Below, piece after piece: positions 53,592 to 64,000 of a stretch of 64,000 nt of DNA. This DNA comes from an uncultured Aggregatibacter sp. GTDB lineage: Bacteria > Pseudomonadota > Gammaproteobacteria > Enterobacterales > Pasteurellaceae. The translations under genes were made by a program, and so were the position numbers. Location of the stretch: positions 21,253 through 85,252 of the forward strand of contig CAUPZK010000003.1 in assembly GCA_963515835.1 (NCBI GenBank). The letters run 5' to 3'. The notes below the pieces were generated by a model. That model did no database searches and had not been told where the DNA came from. It saw nothing but the letters and a program-made list of their open reading frames with translations. Numbering within the stretch: the first letter of the stretch is position 1; each line of letters opens with the position of its first letter.

Positions 53592-56234
53592 TTAATGGCT
53601 TGGTGGCAATGCACCCTGATTCCATTTCTGGCTATCTTGCGGACGTTTTATTTGCAATAAGAAACGTTGATTCGCTTTCGCTGGTTCCTGAACGACTGTG
53701 CCGGATGGCGTAGAGAAAGAAATTCCTCCTTTGAGCAATTGCTGTACGCTGCCGGTGTTAAATTGTGCCCCAGACAAGCTCAGGTTGAAATCGTAGCCCG
53801 AAGCAATCCAGAATTCAGAGTTTTTGCGAACTAAATGTTGATATTTTGAGGCAATAACAATATGAATTAATACGCGATCGCCGAGGGAGTTTAGCTCTAA
53901 ATTTTTAATTGTACCTACTTCTACACCACGATACATGATCGGCGAACCAGTCGTAATATTTAACGCATCTGTCGTTTCCAAGACAAGTGGCAAGCCGTTG
54001 GTATATTTGATGTTATTGTTGATGGATTGGGTTAAGGCAAATTGGGTTTTCGTTTTGCCGGAACCAATCTCCACATCAATATACGGTTGTAATAGGCTAT
54101 CGATATTTTCAATACCACCCGCGGAAATTTGCGGTGAAATCACTTTGAAACGGGAACCTTCTTTGGCAATTAATGCCATATAATTCGGATGAATTAACGC
54201 TTTGCTGATGATTTTATTATTCTTTTGATCTAATTGAACGCTGTCAATTTCGCCGATCGTTAAACCCAAATAACGTAGCGCCATGCCTTTACTTAAATTC
54301 GTCGCATCTTCTGCCGTGAGGATAATTTGTTGTCCGGCAGATTTTGCGCGAAGTTCATTCGGATAAAGGGTGCGATTATGTTTGCTACCACTGTTATCAA
54401 AACTGATTGCGCCTTTTAGTGAACGGGTAATCGGCGTTGCTTGAATGCTGATACCTTTCGGCGTAATGTCAATTTGCGCCGCACTTTCCACCCAGAACAG
54501 GCTTTTATCAGTTAATAAGTGTTGGTATTTCGGATAAATAAATACATCAACTGCAAAGTTTTGCTGTTGTGGACGGATATCTAAAATTTTGCCCACTTCA
54601 TATTGGCGATAAAGTACCAATGAGCCTTTGTTAATACTTGGCAAATTAGACGTCGTCAGGGTGAGTGTTGGGGTTGGGCGATTATCGGTAATGCCAGCTT
54701 CTGCACTAGCTAAATCGCGATAAAGTACATAATTTTCTTTTGCTTTACTTTGTTCTTTGCCCGCAATGACTCGAATGCCGCCTTGTAACCATCTTTCTGG
54801 CGTGGCAGCTTCAAAGCGTAAGCCATCAACGCCAATACTCACATCAAAATTGGATGCTGCAACAAATAACGTATCACTGTGGATCAAATGGCGATAATCA
54901 GCGGCAACGGCAACTTTAAATTGCACCCCATCGGAAGCAACATGTTGCGCGACCACTTCACCAATTTGAATATTGTTATAGATCAGCGGTTGTCCTTCAC
55001 TAATGCCGTAAGTTTCCGGCGCGGTTAAGTTGAGTACTAAGGTATTCGGTTGTTTGAGCAATAACTCGCTTTCTTTAATTACATTAAAGGCGGTTTGAGT
55101 ATCGCCATTGCCCGGCAGAACTTCAAAATATTGACCGCGTAAAAGTTTTTGAATATCGGTTAAATCGCCTAAGCCACTTTTTTTCGCACGCAATACAATG
55201 TGAGTATTCGTTTTAAATAAATTGGTTAGGTTGGGATCAATGAGCAAGGTGCCACTTAACATTTCATCGTTATTTTCTACCGCACTTAATTTGGATAGCA
55301 CACCAATCTCGGTGTTTTGGTAATACACTTGTGTTTTACCTGCCTCAAGCCCGGCGACATTCGGAATATTCACGCTGATATTAATGCCGCGTTTTGCCGC
55401 TTGTAAGTTGGAATAAAGCGTATAGGTTTCGTTCATTTCTGCAATCGGACTGTCGTGCGGTGAGTCAAAAGCGGCGGCACCTTGCACAACAGCATTCAGA
55501 CTATCTACGTTCACATTTAAACCGGATACACCGATATTGGCATTGATGCCGCTGATGTTCCAAAAGTGACTGTCTTTTTTTACAAATTTTGCATAAGGTT
55601 TATCGATGACAATATCGATTTCTACTTTTTTACCGTCTTCGGTGAAATGGTAGTCATAGACTTTCCCCACGGGCATTTTTTTGTAATAAATGGAGGCGCC
55701 AATGGAGATAGAACCAAGATCATCAGCAATTAAATGGATCAATAAATCGCCCGGGTTTAATTGCGCAATAGGGCCTTCTGTCTCTGCAATAAATTCGTGT
55801 TTAGCATCGCCATCGCCAGGTTGTAACGTGATGTAGTTACCTGACACCAAGGCATCTAGCCCTGAAATCCCGGCTAAAGAGGCACTTGGTTTGACCAACC
55901 AAAATTTAGTGTTTTCACGCAGTACACTTTTGGCTTCCGGATAAATATTGGCCACCACATCAACTTTTTGCAGGTTGTCGGTGAAGTTAACTTTCTTCAC
56001 AACACCGATTTGTAGCCCCTGATAGCGAATTTGGGTTTTATCTGCGACCAAACCTTCACCGTTTGCGAAAGTAATACGAACGCTGATACCTTGTTCTTGG
56101 ATTATTTGAAAGAATAAAATAGCGCCGATACAAAGGGCGATGAAAGGTAGAAGCCAAAAAGGTGAAATGCGTCTATTTTGAGTGACGTTGGCATCGACTT
56201 CAGTGTGTGTTGTGTGTTTTGTGTTGTCTGTCAT
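53592..56234 (-). CDS. letB: MCE-domain tunnel protein LetB (YebT)
   Basis: ISPFWLLP TM segment then repeated MCE domains (e.g. GSPIMYRGVEVG); 880 aa. Confidence 0.92.
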   Translation of the reverse strand: MTDNTKHTTHTEVDANVTQNRRISPFWLLPFIALCIGAILFFQIIQEQGISVRITFANGEGLVADKTQIRYQGLQIGVVKKVNFTDNLQKVDVVANIYPEAKSVLRENTKFWLVKPSASLAGISGLDALVSGNYITLQPGDGDAKHEFIAETEGPIAQLNPGDLLIHLIADDLGSISIGASIYYKKMPVGKVYDYHFTEDGKKVEIDIVIDKPYAKFVKKDSHFWNISGINANIGVSGLNVNVDSLNAVVQGAAAFDSPHDSPIAEMNETYTLYSNLQAAKRGINISVNIPNVAGLEAGKTQVYYQNTEIGVLSKLSAVENNDEMLSGTLLIDPNLTNLFKTNTHIVLRAKKSGLGDLTDIQKLLRGQYFEVLPGNGDTQTAFNVIKESELLLKQPNTLVLNLTAPETYGISEGQPLIYNNIQIGEVVAQHVASDGVQFKVAVAADYRHLIHSDTLFVAASNFDVSIGVDGLRFEAATPERWLQGGIRVIAGKEQSKAKENYVLYRDLASAEAGITDNRPTPTLTLTTSNLPSINKGSLVLYRQYEVGKILDIRPQQQNFAVDVFIYPKYQHLLTDKSLFWVESAAQIDITPKGISIQATPITRSLKGAISFDNSGSKHNRTLYPNELRAKSAGQQIILTAEDATNLSKGMALRYLGLTIGEIDSVQLDQKNNKIISKALIHPNYMALIAKEGSRFKVISPQISAGGIENIDSLLQPYIDVEIGSGKTKTQFALTQSINNNIKYTNGLPLVLETTDALNITTGSPIMYRGVEVGTIKNLELNSLGDRVLIHIVIASKYQHLVRKNSEFWIASGYDFNLSLSGAQFNTGSVQQLLKGGISFSTPSGTVVQEPAKANQRFLLQIKRPQDSQKWNQGALPPSH

Positions 56235-57480
56235 AAATTTCCCAAATTAAGCGGCTATCAAATTGTTCCGCGGCAATCATTGTTAAGAAAACTGCAGCGC
56301 CAAAATACAGCGCGGCAGTGCCTACAGAAAAATCAATAATTTGTCCTCTGGTTACTAAGGACATCATGAGTGCTAAAACGAATAAATCCAACATTGACCA
56401 GCGACCGACAAAATGGACCACATGCAATAAGCGCATTTGCCAGCGGATAGAATGTTTTAGCTTAAAATGTACGCAAATCAGTAAATATAAAATAATCAAT
56501 ACCTTACTGATGGGCACGAAAATACTGGCGGTGAAAACGACAAAGGCAATGAAATAGCTTCCCATGTCAATAAAACTTAGCACGCCGGACATTAATGTAT
56601 CAGCGCTTGGTGCGCCATTGACATAGATTACCGAGATGGGCAGCAGGTTTGCCGGAAAGAGCATGATAATACCGGCTAACAATAACGCCCAAGTCCGTTG
56701 TAATTTTATGGCAGAAGGAATATCAATTTGCGAATAACAACGCGGGCAAATTTTTTTACCTTTGCTATCTGTCAAGGGGTTGAGGAAACTGTATTGGCAA
56801 GAATGACAGTAGCGCAAATCCTCTGCTTTGGTGATGTCGTTGACCGCCTTACTTTGTGGGTAAAAATCATTCCATACTTCTGCCGGGTTAATTTTGATAA
56901 ATAATAGTGTGGTTAAAAGTGCGGTAAAAATAAAGGCAATTAAATAAATATCCAACTCTAACGTAGCGTATTCTTTCACTTTGAACATCGTGACGCCCAG
57001 AGCCACTAAATACACATCAAACATGACCCACGGTTTAATGTAGCCTAAGGAGATTAAAAGGTTGCGTGGTTTGGCTTTGACCATTTGTGCTAAGCGCAAC
57101 AAGATGACTAAAAGCGCAAAGGCAATAGGCATAAAAACAGCGCAAATAAAAATTAAAAACGCCGTATAAGAGAAACCTTGAGTTGCCATTTTCCACACGC
57201 CTTGCCATACCGAGGCATTAATTTTTTCACCGAGCAGGTGAATGCTCAGCAGCGGGTAGGTGAGTGCAAAGGGCATTAGTATCAAAATTGAAAGAGCAAT
57301 AATGGAACAGCGTTTAAGACTCCAACGGTTGGTTGAGTACAACACATTATGGCAGCGCGGACAGACAGCACGTTGGCCTTTTTGTAAGGACAAAATTTTG
57401 ATTACAGCATTGCAATCGCCACAGCGGACAATGCGAGAGTAATTTGCCTTGCTCAAATCAGTTTGTAAATTGTCTGCCAT
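56200..57480 (-). CDS. letA: PqiA-family inner membrane protein LetA (YebS)
   Basis: Two CxxC...CPRC pairs, PWVMFDVY, GRWSMLDLF. Confidence 0.92.
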   Translation of the reverse strand: MADNLQTDLSKANYSRIVRCGDCNAVIKILSLQKGQRAVCPRCHNVLYSTNRWSLKRCSIIALSILILMPFALTYPLLSIHLLGEKINASVWQGVWKMATQGFSYTAFLIFICAVFMPIAFALLVILLRLAQMVKAKPRNLLISLGYIKPWVMFDVYLVALGVTMFKVKEYATLELDIYLIAFIFTALLTTLLFIKINPAEVWNDFYPQSKAVNDITKAEDLRYCHSCQYSFLNPLTDSKGKKICPRCYSQIDIPSAIKLQRTWALLLAGIIMLFPANLLPISVIYVNGAPSADTLMSGVLSFIDMGSYFIAFVVFTASIFVPISKVLIILYLLICVHFKLKHSIRWQMRLLHVVHFVGRWSMLDLFVLALMMSLVTRGQIIDFSVGTAALYFGAAVFLTMIAAEQFDSRLIWEIYDRQHKTHNTH

Positions 57481-57702
57481 GAATCGTTATTCCTCATTAA
57501 AGAAGCGCATATTTTATACTGGTTCTTTTCTTTTGGCACGGATTTGCTGAATATGGCATAAAAAAGTGCGGTCGTTTTTGCCGGTGTTTATGATTTCTCT
57601 ATGCTAAATCTGATTATTCATTGTCATTTTTAGCCAAAGTGGCTAAAATGTGACAAATTTTTTCGATTCAAAATCTACATAGGATGTCTACAGGATTTCG
57701 TC

Positions 57703-58311
57703 ATGACAGAAGTACAAAAATTAACTAATAATAAAGAAATAATTGCTTATTTGGCGGAAAAATTTCCGCTCTGTTTTTCTCTTGAGGGCGAAGCAAAACC
57801 GTTAAAAATCGGTTTGTTCCAAGATTTAAGTGAAGCATTAAAAGATGATGAACGCGTAAGTAAAACACAATTACGTCATGCTTTGCGTCAATATACGTCT
57901 AACTGGCGTTATTTACATGGTTGTAAAGTGGGGGCTGTGCGTGTGGATTTACAAGGCAATCCGGCTGGTGAATTAGAACAGGAACATGCAGACCATGCTG
58001 CTCAACAATTAGCTGAAGCTAAAGCATTGGTTGCACAAAAACGCGCAGCAGAAAAAGCAGCCAAGGCAGCAACTGAGAAAAAACGTCCGGCGCGTCGTAC
58101 TCCAAAACAGGGTGAAAAAACGGTACGTAAACCTAAATTAGTGCTGACCAGCGTAAACATGGCAGAGTTACAAGAAGGTCAGCAGGTGAAAGTTAAAGTG
58201 GGCGACAGAGCGCAAAATGCAAAAGTGTTGGAATTCTCCAACGAGGCCGCCCGCGTAGAATTAGATAACGGTTTGGTCGTAAACGTCACAGCAGACCGTT
58301 TGTTTGCTTAA
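57703..58311 (+). CDS. proQ: RNA chaperone ProQ
   Basis: FPLCF, PLKIGLFQDL, YTSNWRYL, RVDLQG, C-terminal Tudor-like domain. Confidence 0.96.
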   Translation: MTEVQKLTNNKEIIAYLAEKFPLCFSLEGEAKPLKIGLFQDLSEALKDDERVSKTQLRHALRQYTSNWRYLHGCKVGAVRVDLQGNPAGELEQEHADHAAQQLAEAKALVAQKRAAEKAAKAATEKKRPARRTPKQGEKTVRKPKLVLTSVNMAELQEGQQVKVKVGDRAQNAKVLEFSNEAARVELDNGLVVNVTADRLFA

Positions 58312-58321
58312 ACCAACTTTT

Positions 58322-58351
58322 AATGAAGTTATCTGTGCAGATAACTTCATT
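58322..58351 (+). terminator. Perfect 14-bp inverted repeat between proQ and prc
   Basis: AATGAAGTTATCTG-tg-CAGATAACTTCATT followed by TTGTTTTT. Confidence 0.6.
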
Positions 58352-58385
58352 TTGTTTTTGCCGTATATATATTAGGAAAGTTTGA

Positions 58386-60443
58386 ATGAAATTGAGTAAA
58401 ACGAAAAATTATTTGACCGCACTTGTATTAGGAACGTTGTTTCTTAATGCGGGTGTTGTTGACGCGGTGCAACCTAAGTTAAAACCTTCAGATATTGTTG
58501 CACTGCAACCTTCTGAAGCGAATATGTTTGCCACGAAGCGGGCGACAACACGTTTGACACAGTCTCATTATCGTAAATTTCAATTAGATGACGAATTCTC
58601 TGAGAAGATTTTTGATCGTTATCTCAAAGGATTAGACTTTAACCGTAATACTTTTTTACAGTCGGATATTGATGATTTACGCGCAAAATATGGCAAAAAA
58701 ATTGATGATGAATTGAATGCAGGCAACTTGGATATTGCATTTAATATCTATGATTTGATGATGAAACGTCGTTATGAGCGTTATCGTTATGCATTGTCTT
58801 TGTTGGATAAAGAACCTGCTTTAAATGACGATACGCAAATTGAAATTGATCGTGAAAAAGCCGCATGGCCTAAAACGGAAGCGGAAGCCGATAAATTATG
58901 GGAAGCGCGTGTTAAAAATGACATCATCAATTTGAAATTAAAAGATAAAAAATGGCCTGAAATTAAAGAGAAATTAGTTAAACGCTATAACTTGGCCATT
59001 CGTCGATTGACTCAAACCAAAGCGGATGATGTGGTACAAACCTACTTAAACGCATTTGCCCGTGAAATCGACCCCCATACCAGTTATTTAGCGCCTCGTA
59101 CGGCAAAAAGTTTCAATGAAAGTATGAATCTTTCTTTGGAAGGTATTGGCGCGACTTTGCAGTCTGAAGACGATGAAACCAGTATTAAATCGTTAGTGCC
59201 TGGCGCGCCGGCAGAGCGCAGCAAAAAACTTAAAGCTGGCGATAAAATTATTGGTGTGGGCCAGGAAAAAGGCGAAATTGAAGATGTAGTCGGTTGGCGT
59301 TTAGAGGACATTGTTGACAAGATCAAAGGTAAAAAAGGCTCTAAAGTTCGTTTGGAAGTGGAATCGGCTAAAGGTGGCAAGTCCCGTATTGTTACCTTGG
59401 TACGTGACAAAATTCGTATTGAAGACCAAGCAGCAAAATTAACGATTGAGAAAATGGATGGCGTTGATGTTGCGGTGATTAAGATTCCTAGTTTTTACTT
59501 GGGATTAACAGAAGATGTCAAAAAATTACTTAACGATATAAAAGTAAAAAAAGCATCTGCATTAATCGTTGATCTTCGTGAAAATGGCGGTGGCGCCTTA
59601 ACAGAAGCCGTTGGTTTGACCGGTTTATTTATTAGCGATGGCCCGGTTGTTCAGGTTCGCGATGCTTATCAACGTATTCGTGTACATGAAGATCCGGATA
59701 ATGCGCAGCAATATAGCGGTCCGTTATTGGTGATGATTAATCGTTTTAGTGCGTCAGCCTCTGAAATTTTTGCAGCAGCAATCCAAGACTATAACCGCGG
59801 TATTGTTATCGGGCAAAATTCTTATGGAAAAGGTACCGTCCAACAAAGTCGTTCCTTGAATTTTGTTTACGACTTGGATCAAACCCCACTGGGTTTATTG
59901 CAATATACGATTCAAAAATTCTATCGTATTAATGGCGGTAGCACACAGTTGAAAGGTGTTGCGCCGGATATTCAATTCCCAGATGTCATTGATAGTAAAG
60001 AATACGGTGAAGAAAAAGAAGATAATGCATTGCCATGGGATAAAATTCCGTCAGTGAATTATTCTGAGGTGAGCGAAGCACGCAAACCGGTCTCCGAATT
60101 GGTGCAAAAACATAATGACCGCATGGCGAAAAATCCGGAATTTATTGCACTTAACGAAGATTTAAAAGTGCGTAATGAGCGCCGTGAACGTAAGTTCTTG
60201 TCATTAAATTATCAAAAACGCAAAGCGGAAAATGATAAAGATGACGAGAAACGTTTGAAAGACATTAATGAGCGTTTCAAACGTGAAGGTAAAAAGCCAT
60301 TGAAAGATATTGATGATTTGCCGAAAGATTATGAAGCACCGGATTTCTTCCTGAAAGAGGCAGCTGCAATTGCGGCAGATATGGTTAAATTTGAGCAGAA
60401 AAAGGCTGAAATAAAACAGGCTGATAAGTCTGCAAATCAATAA
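58386..60443 (+). CDS. prc: Tail-specific protease Prc
   Basis: DPHTSYL, PDZ GIGA, DLRENGGG, SASASEI, GKGTVQ. Confidence 0.97.
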   Translation: MKLSKTKNYLTALVLGTLFLNAGVVDAVQPKLKPSDIVALQPSEANMFATKRATTRLTQSHYRKFQLDDEFSEKIFDRYLKGLDFNRNTFLQSDIDDLRAKYGKKIDDELNAGNLDIAFNIYDLMMKRRYERYRYALSLLDKEPALNDDTQIEIDREKAAWPKTEAEADKLWEARVKNDIINLKLKDKKWPEIKEKLVKRYNLAIRRLTQTKADDVVQTYLNAFAREIDPHTSYLAPRTAKSFNESMNLSLEGIGATLQSEDDETSIKSLVPGAPAERSKKLKAGDKIIGVGQEKGEIEDVVGWRLEDIVDKIKGKKGSKVRLEVESAKGGKSRIVTLVRDKIRIEDQAAKLTIEKMDGVDVAVIKIPSFYLGLTEDVKKLLNDIKVKKASALIVDLRENGGGALTEAVGLTGLFISDGPVVQVRDAYQRIRVHEDPDNAQQYSGPLLVMINRFSASASEIFAAAIQDYNRGIVIGQNSYGKGTVQQSRSLNFVYDLDQTPLGLLQYTIQKFYRINGGSTQLKGVAPDIQFPDVIDSKEYGEEKEDNALPWDKIPSVNYSEVSEARKPVSELVQKHNDRMAKNPEFIALNEDLKVRNERRERKFLSLNYQKRKAENDKDDEKRLKDINERFKREGKKPLKDIDDLPKDYEAPDFFLKEAAAIAADMVKFEQKKAEIKQADKSANQ

Positions 60444-60517
60444 ATCTCTTGTTTTTGGATCGCACTTTTCTAAGTGCGGTCGTTTTTAAGAAAGTTTATA
60501 AAAATTAAGGTAAGTTG

Positions 60518-61981
60518 ATGAATACTCGAACGTTTAAATTAGTTACTCTTGCGATGATAAGCATGCTTTATGTAGGGAATGTTGCTGCAGAGGAATTACA
60601 GCAAAGTGACTCAACGCTAGCCACACAGCAGTTGGAGCTAGAAAATAAGGTCGAGGAAGCACGTTTAGCTGCAGAGAAGAAGGCTGAAGAAGAACGCTTG
60701 GCAGTTGAGGCAGAAAAACGCTTTTCTGAGCATTTTGGTGATGTGTCTCTTCAATTTAAACCTTTAATTGCCAAGATTTATGTTGAGAATCATTTTTCTC
60801 CAATTTGGACAGATAATCAGGCCAAGCAGCAATTTTTACATGATTATGCATTAGCGATTGCCGGGGGAATTTCGAAACGCTCAGCAAATGCTTTAAATGC
60901 GATCCATGAAGCAGCAGGAAAAGGCGAGTTAATTGAAGATGTTCTGTTAACCGACGCGTTTTTAGATTATTTGTTTTATGCCACCAATGTAGAGAAATCC
61001 GCACAAAAATGGTTATATGCAGGCAATAGCTATAAAGCCGGTCAGTTAAGTTATGAGCAAGTGTCTGCATGGTTAAGTGCGGTCAAAAATAATGATAATT
61101 TCTCTTTTGTGAAAAATCTTTCCGGCGAAAATGCGCTCTTTAAGCAAACATCGGCGCGCGTTGCCCATGTGATAGAAGTGGGTGTTGATAAGCATAATAT
61201 GGTTGAATTGCATCGTTTAGCGATTAATGCTCAACGTTTACGCATTTTACCGGCATTCCAAGATGGTATTTTCGTGAATATTCCAAGTTACGAACTCAAT
61301 TATTATCGCGATGGACAAGTGGTTTTAAGTTCTCGTGTGATTGTTGGACAATCAAGCCGTAAAACGCCGGTGATGTCTAGTCGTTTGAGTAATGTGGTAG
61401 TGAACCCGCCTTGGAATGCGCCAACCCGTTTGATTAACGAAGACATTATTCCAAAAGTACGTAAAGATCCGAGTTATATTTATCGCCATGGCTATACGAT
61501 TATTGATGGCAGTGGTAATACCATCGATCCTTATACTATTGATTGGGAAAATATGTCGGCCAAAAGATTCCCATATCGCTTGCGCCAAGCACCAAGTGAT
61601 AACAGTGCATTAGGGAATTATAAATTTAATATGCCGAGTTCTGAGGCCATTTATTTGCACGATACACCGAAACGTAATTTATTCGGTAATAAAAATCGCG
61701 CGTTAAGTTCCGGTTGTGTCCGTGTGGAAAAATCAGATCAGTTGGCGACGATTCTATTGAAAGAAGCCGGTTGGACGGATGAAAGAAAACAAAATGTGCT
61801 GAAAAGTAAAAAAACAACTTCAGCTGGTATTAAATCCGATAATCCGGTCTTTTTGTATTATGTCACTGCATGGGTGGATAAAAATCAAGTTCACACATTG
61901 CCGGATATTTACGGTTATGACAAAGCCCCTGATTTAAGTTATATTAATTGGGATATTTTAAAACACTATATTCAACGTTAA
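60518..61981 (+). CDS. ldtD: L,D-transpeptidase (YcbB/LdtD family)
   Basis: VNIPSY, NPPWNAP, IYLHDTP...SSGCVRV. Confidence 0.9.
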   Translation: MNTRTFKLVTLAMISMLYVGNVAAEELQQSDSTLATQQLELENKVEEARLAAEKKAEEERLAVEAEKRFSEHFGDVSLQFKPLIAKIYVENHFSPIWTDNQAKQQFLHDYALAIAGGISKRSANALNAIHEAAGKGELIEDVLLTDAFLDYLFYATNVEKSAQKWLYAGNSYKAGQLSYEQVSAWLSAVKNNDNFSFVKNLSGENALFKQTSARVAHVIEVGVDKHNMVELHRLAINAQRLRILPAFQDGIFVNIPSYELNYYRDGQVVLSSRVIVGQSSRKTPVMSSRLSNVVVNPPWNAPTRLINEDIIPKVRKDPSYIYRHGYTIIDGSGNTIDPYTIDWENMSAKRFPYRLRQAPSDNSALGNYKFNMPSSEAIYLHDTPKRNLFGNKNRALSSGCVRVEKSDQLATILLKEAGWTDERKQNVLKSKKTTSAGIKSDNPVFLYYVTAWVDKNQVHTLPDIYGYDKAPDLSYINWDILKHYIQR

Positions 61982-62048
61982 TCTGTGGAATTTATCTTGG
62001 TAACCTTAATTAAGTAAACAGATTATTATCATATTTAGGAAATACATA

Positions 62049-62609
62049 ATGAGTCATATTAACCATGGTCGACGTAAATGGTTATCGCTAGGGGGAATTG
62101 TATTAGGCGCTTCGCTTTTACCGAATACGGTTTTAGCGGCAGTTTCAACGCCAAAACCCCGTCTATTAAGTTTTCGTAATATTAATACCGGTGAGAAACT
62201 GAGCGCAGAGTTTGCTTTGGGACGAGGTTTTAATAACGCTACTTTGCGGTTACTAGACCATTTTCTACGTGATAAGCGTACTAATCAGGTTCATAGAATG
62301 GACCCAAATCTTTTTACTAAATTTTATCAGTTGCAGCAGAATCTTGGTTTACGTAACACGGAAATCCAAATTATTTGTGGATATCGTTCTGCTGCTAGCA
62401 ATGCGGCAATGCATCGTCGTAGTCGAGGGGTAGCAAGTAATAGTTATCATATTCGTGGACAAGCCATCGATTTTCGCATTGATGGGGTGCCATTAGCGAA
62501 AGTACGCGATGCCGTCGATGCACTACAAAATGGTGGTGTTGGTTTTTATCCTCGCAGTAATTTTGTGCATATGGATACCGGTCCGGTGCGTACTTGGCGC
62601 GGTAGTTAG
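62049..62609 (+). CDS. mepK: YcbK/MepK peptidoglycan endopeptidase (M15)
   Basis: Tat-like RRKWL leader, GYRS, SYH...AID, FVHMDTG. Confidence 0.92.
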   Translation: MSHINHGRRKWLSLGGIVLGASLLPNTVLAAVSTPKPRLLSFRNINTGEKLSAEFALGRGFNNATLRLLDHFLRDKRTNQVHRMDPNLFTKFYQLQQNLGLRNTEIQIICGYRSAASNAAMHRRSRGVASNSYHIRGQAIDFRIDGVPLAKVRDAVDALQNGGVGFYPRSNFVHMDTGPVRTWRGS

Positions 62610-62676
62610 TAAAAACATTTGAAATTTAGACCGCACTTTTGTGCGGTTTTTTACTGAAAAATATGGTGAGTATCAT

Positions 62677-63318
62677 ATGAACATTGAAATTATCCCCGTA
62701 ACGGCATTTCAACAAAATTGTTCTTTAATTTGGGATGATGAAAAAAAAGCGGCAATTATTGATCCGGGTGGCGAAGCGGAAAAGCTGATTAGACGGATTG
62801 AAGAACTTGGGCTGAATTTACAAGTAATTTTATTAACACACGGCCATTTAGACCATGTAGGAGCAGCAGAAAAATTAAAACAGCATTTTAATGTACAGAT
62901 TTGGGGATCTAATTCGCAAGATGATTATTGGTTTAAAAACTTGCCGCAACAATCAGAGAAATTTGGTATGCTGTTTGAGGTGTCTGCCTTTGAACCGGAC
63001 CGTTGGTTAGATCAGGAAGGTGAAATACTCAATATTGGTGATTTTACATTTGAGGTTTTACACTTGCCGGGACATACACCGGGACATATTGGTTTTATTG
63101 AACACAAGAAACGCATTGCTTTTACCGGTGATGTGTTGTTTAAAAATGGCATTGGGCGCACGGATTTCCCGGGGGGGAGTTATGAGACAATTCTGGCGTC
63201 TATTCGCAATAAATTATACCCTCTGGGAGATGATATGATTGTGATACCTGGGCATGGACCTTATACTACCATCGGTGAAGAAAAACGAACAAATCCTTAT
63301 GTCAAAATGAGTGAATAA
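62677..63318 (+). CDS. gloC: Metallo-beta-lactamase-fold hydrolase YcbL/GloC
   Basis: THGHLDH, PGHTPGH, GDVLF, PGHG; follows ycbB-ycbK. Confidence 0.9.
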   Translation: MNIEIIPVTAFQQNCSLIWDDEKKAAIIDPGGEAEKLIRRIEELGLNLQVILLTHGHLDHVGAAEKLKQHFNVQIWGSNSQDDYWFKNLPQQSEKFGMLFEVSAFEPDRWLDQEGEILNIGDFTFEVLHLPGHTPGHIGFIEHKKRIAFTGDVLFKNGIGRTDFPGGSYETILASIRNKLYPLGDDMIVIPGHGPYTTIGEEKRTNPYVKMSE

Positions 63319-63388
63319 ATAGTATTTTTCTTTTTAGAAAGTGCGGTGATAAATTGAAATATTTTCACTGCTCTTTTTTTACATAAAA

Positions 63389-63403
63389 GTTAATTTTTTG
63401 TAA
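63389..63403 (+). promoter_or_regulatory. Possible ArcA box upstream of sucA
   Basis: GTTAATTTTTTGTAA resembles GTTAATTAAATGTTA; AT-rich so chance match is possible. Confidence 0.35.
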
Positions 63404-63537
63404 AAATTCAAACCTAGATCACAGTATCAAATGAATGCTTTTGGCATAATGCCGACATTCAAAGCGCAGAAAATTCTTCTGTATTTTATTTATCGTTACG
63501 TTGTTTGTTAGCGTATTTAAATCTTAAGGTGGTATGT

Positions 63538-64000
63538 ATGCAGCATTCTTTACATGAATGGCTCTCCTCCAGTGCACTAGGTGGGGCAAATCAGTCTTAT
63601 ATTGAGGATCTTTATGAAAGCTATCTTGAAGATCCGAACAGTGTGGATGCCAGTTGGCAAGAAATTTTTAAAACGCTGCCAAAATCCACCGCACTTGAGC
63701 AGGCGCATTCAACGGTGCGCGATTATTTCCGCCGTTTAGCGCGAGAAAATCATGGACAGAGCGTGAGCGTGATTGATCCGGAAGCGAGCGCGAAATTAGT
63801 TAAAGTTTTACAATTCATTAACGCATACCGTTCCCGTGGCTACATTGAAGCTACCCTCGATCCCCTCAATTATTACCGCTGGAAAACCTCCTCGGTGCCT
63901 GAATTAGACTATCACCAACATGGATTAACCGACGCTGATTTAGACGAAAGTTTCAATATCGACTATGCCGTTTATGGCAAGGAAAGCATGAAGCTCCGTG
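63538..64000 (+). CDS. sucA: 2-oxoglutarate dehydrogenase E1, 5' part (runs off window end)
   Basis: MQHSLHEWLSSSALGGANQSYIEDLYESYLEDPNSVDASW...LQFINAYRSRG. Confidence 0.95.
   Translation, partial: MQHSLHEWLSSSALGGANQSYIEDLYESYLEDPNSVDASWQEIFKTLPKSTALEQAHSTVRDYFRRLARENHGQSVSVIDPEASAKLVKVLQFINAYRSRGYIEATLDPLNYYRWKTSSVPELDYHQHGLTDADLDESFNIDYAVYGKESMKLR

Overview
Core chromosomal segment of a Pasteurellaceae bacterium. Roughly 50 or more Haemophilus/Aggregatibacter-type uptake sequences (AAGTGCGGT, counted by eye) and the gene order point to an Aggregatibacter/Haemophilus-like organism; the species cannot be fixed from sequence alone. Most genes are housekeeping: trmJ (partial), suhB, purA, cmoB, putP, rng, tldD, prs-ispE-lolB-cca, pit, radA, csp, lrp-ftsK-lolA-rarA, dcuB, serS, cdd, potABCD, pepT, letAB, proQ-prc, ldtD-mepK-gloC and sucA (partial). 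An accessory-looking stretch from about 8.7 to 27.7 kb holds a Zn-less sirtuin, a deleted AAA-ATPase remnant, a modABC-modD operon with a ModE-like box, a small Cys-motif orphan, and a thioester alpha-2-macroglobulin/PBP1C pair split by yeiH. It also holds a beta-helical autotransporter with a Gly/Phe loop and a 48-aa lipoprotein missed by the ORF track. The most unusual signal is the autotransporter promoter, which has a perfect CRP site next to a near-consensus ModE (molybdate-sensing) operator. No rRNA, tRNA, CRISPR, IS or prophage was recognised. Regulatory calls are motif matches made by eye and need testing.
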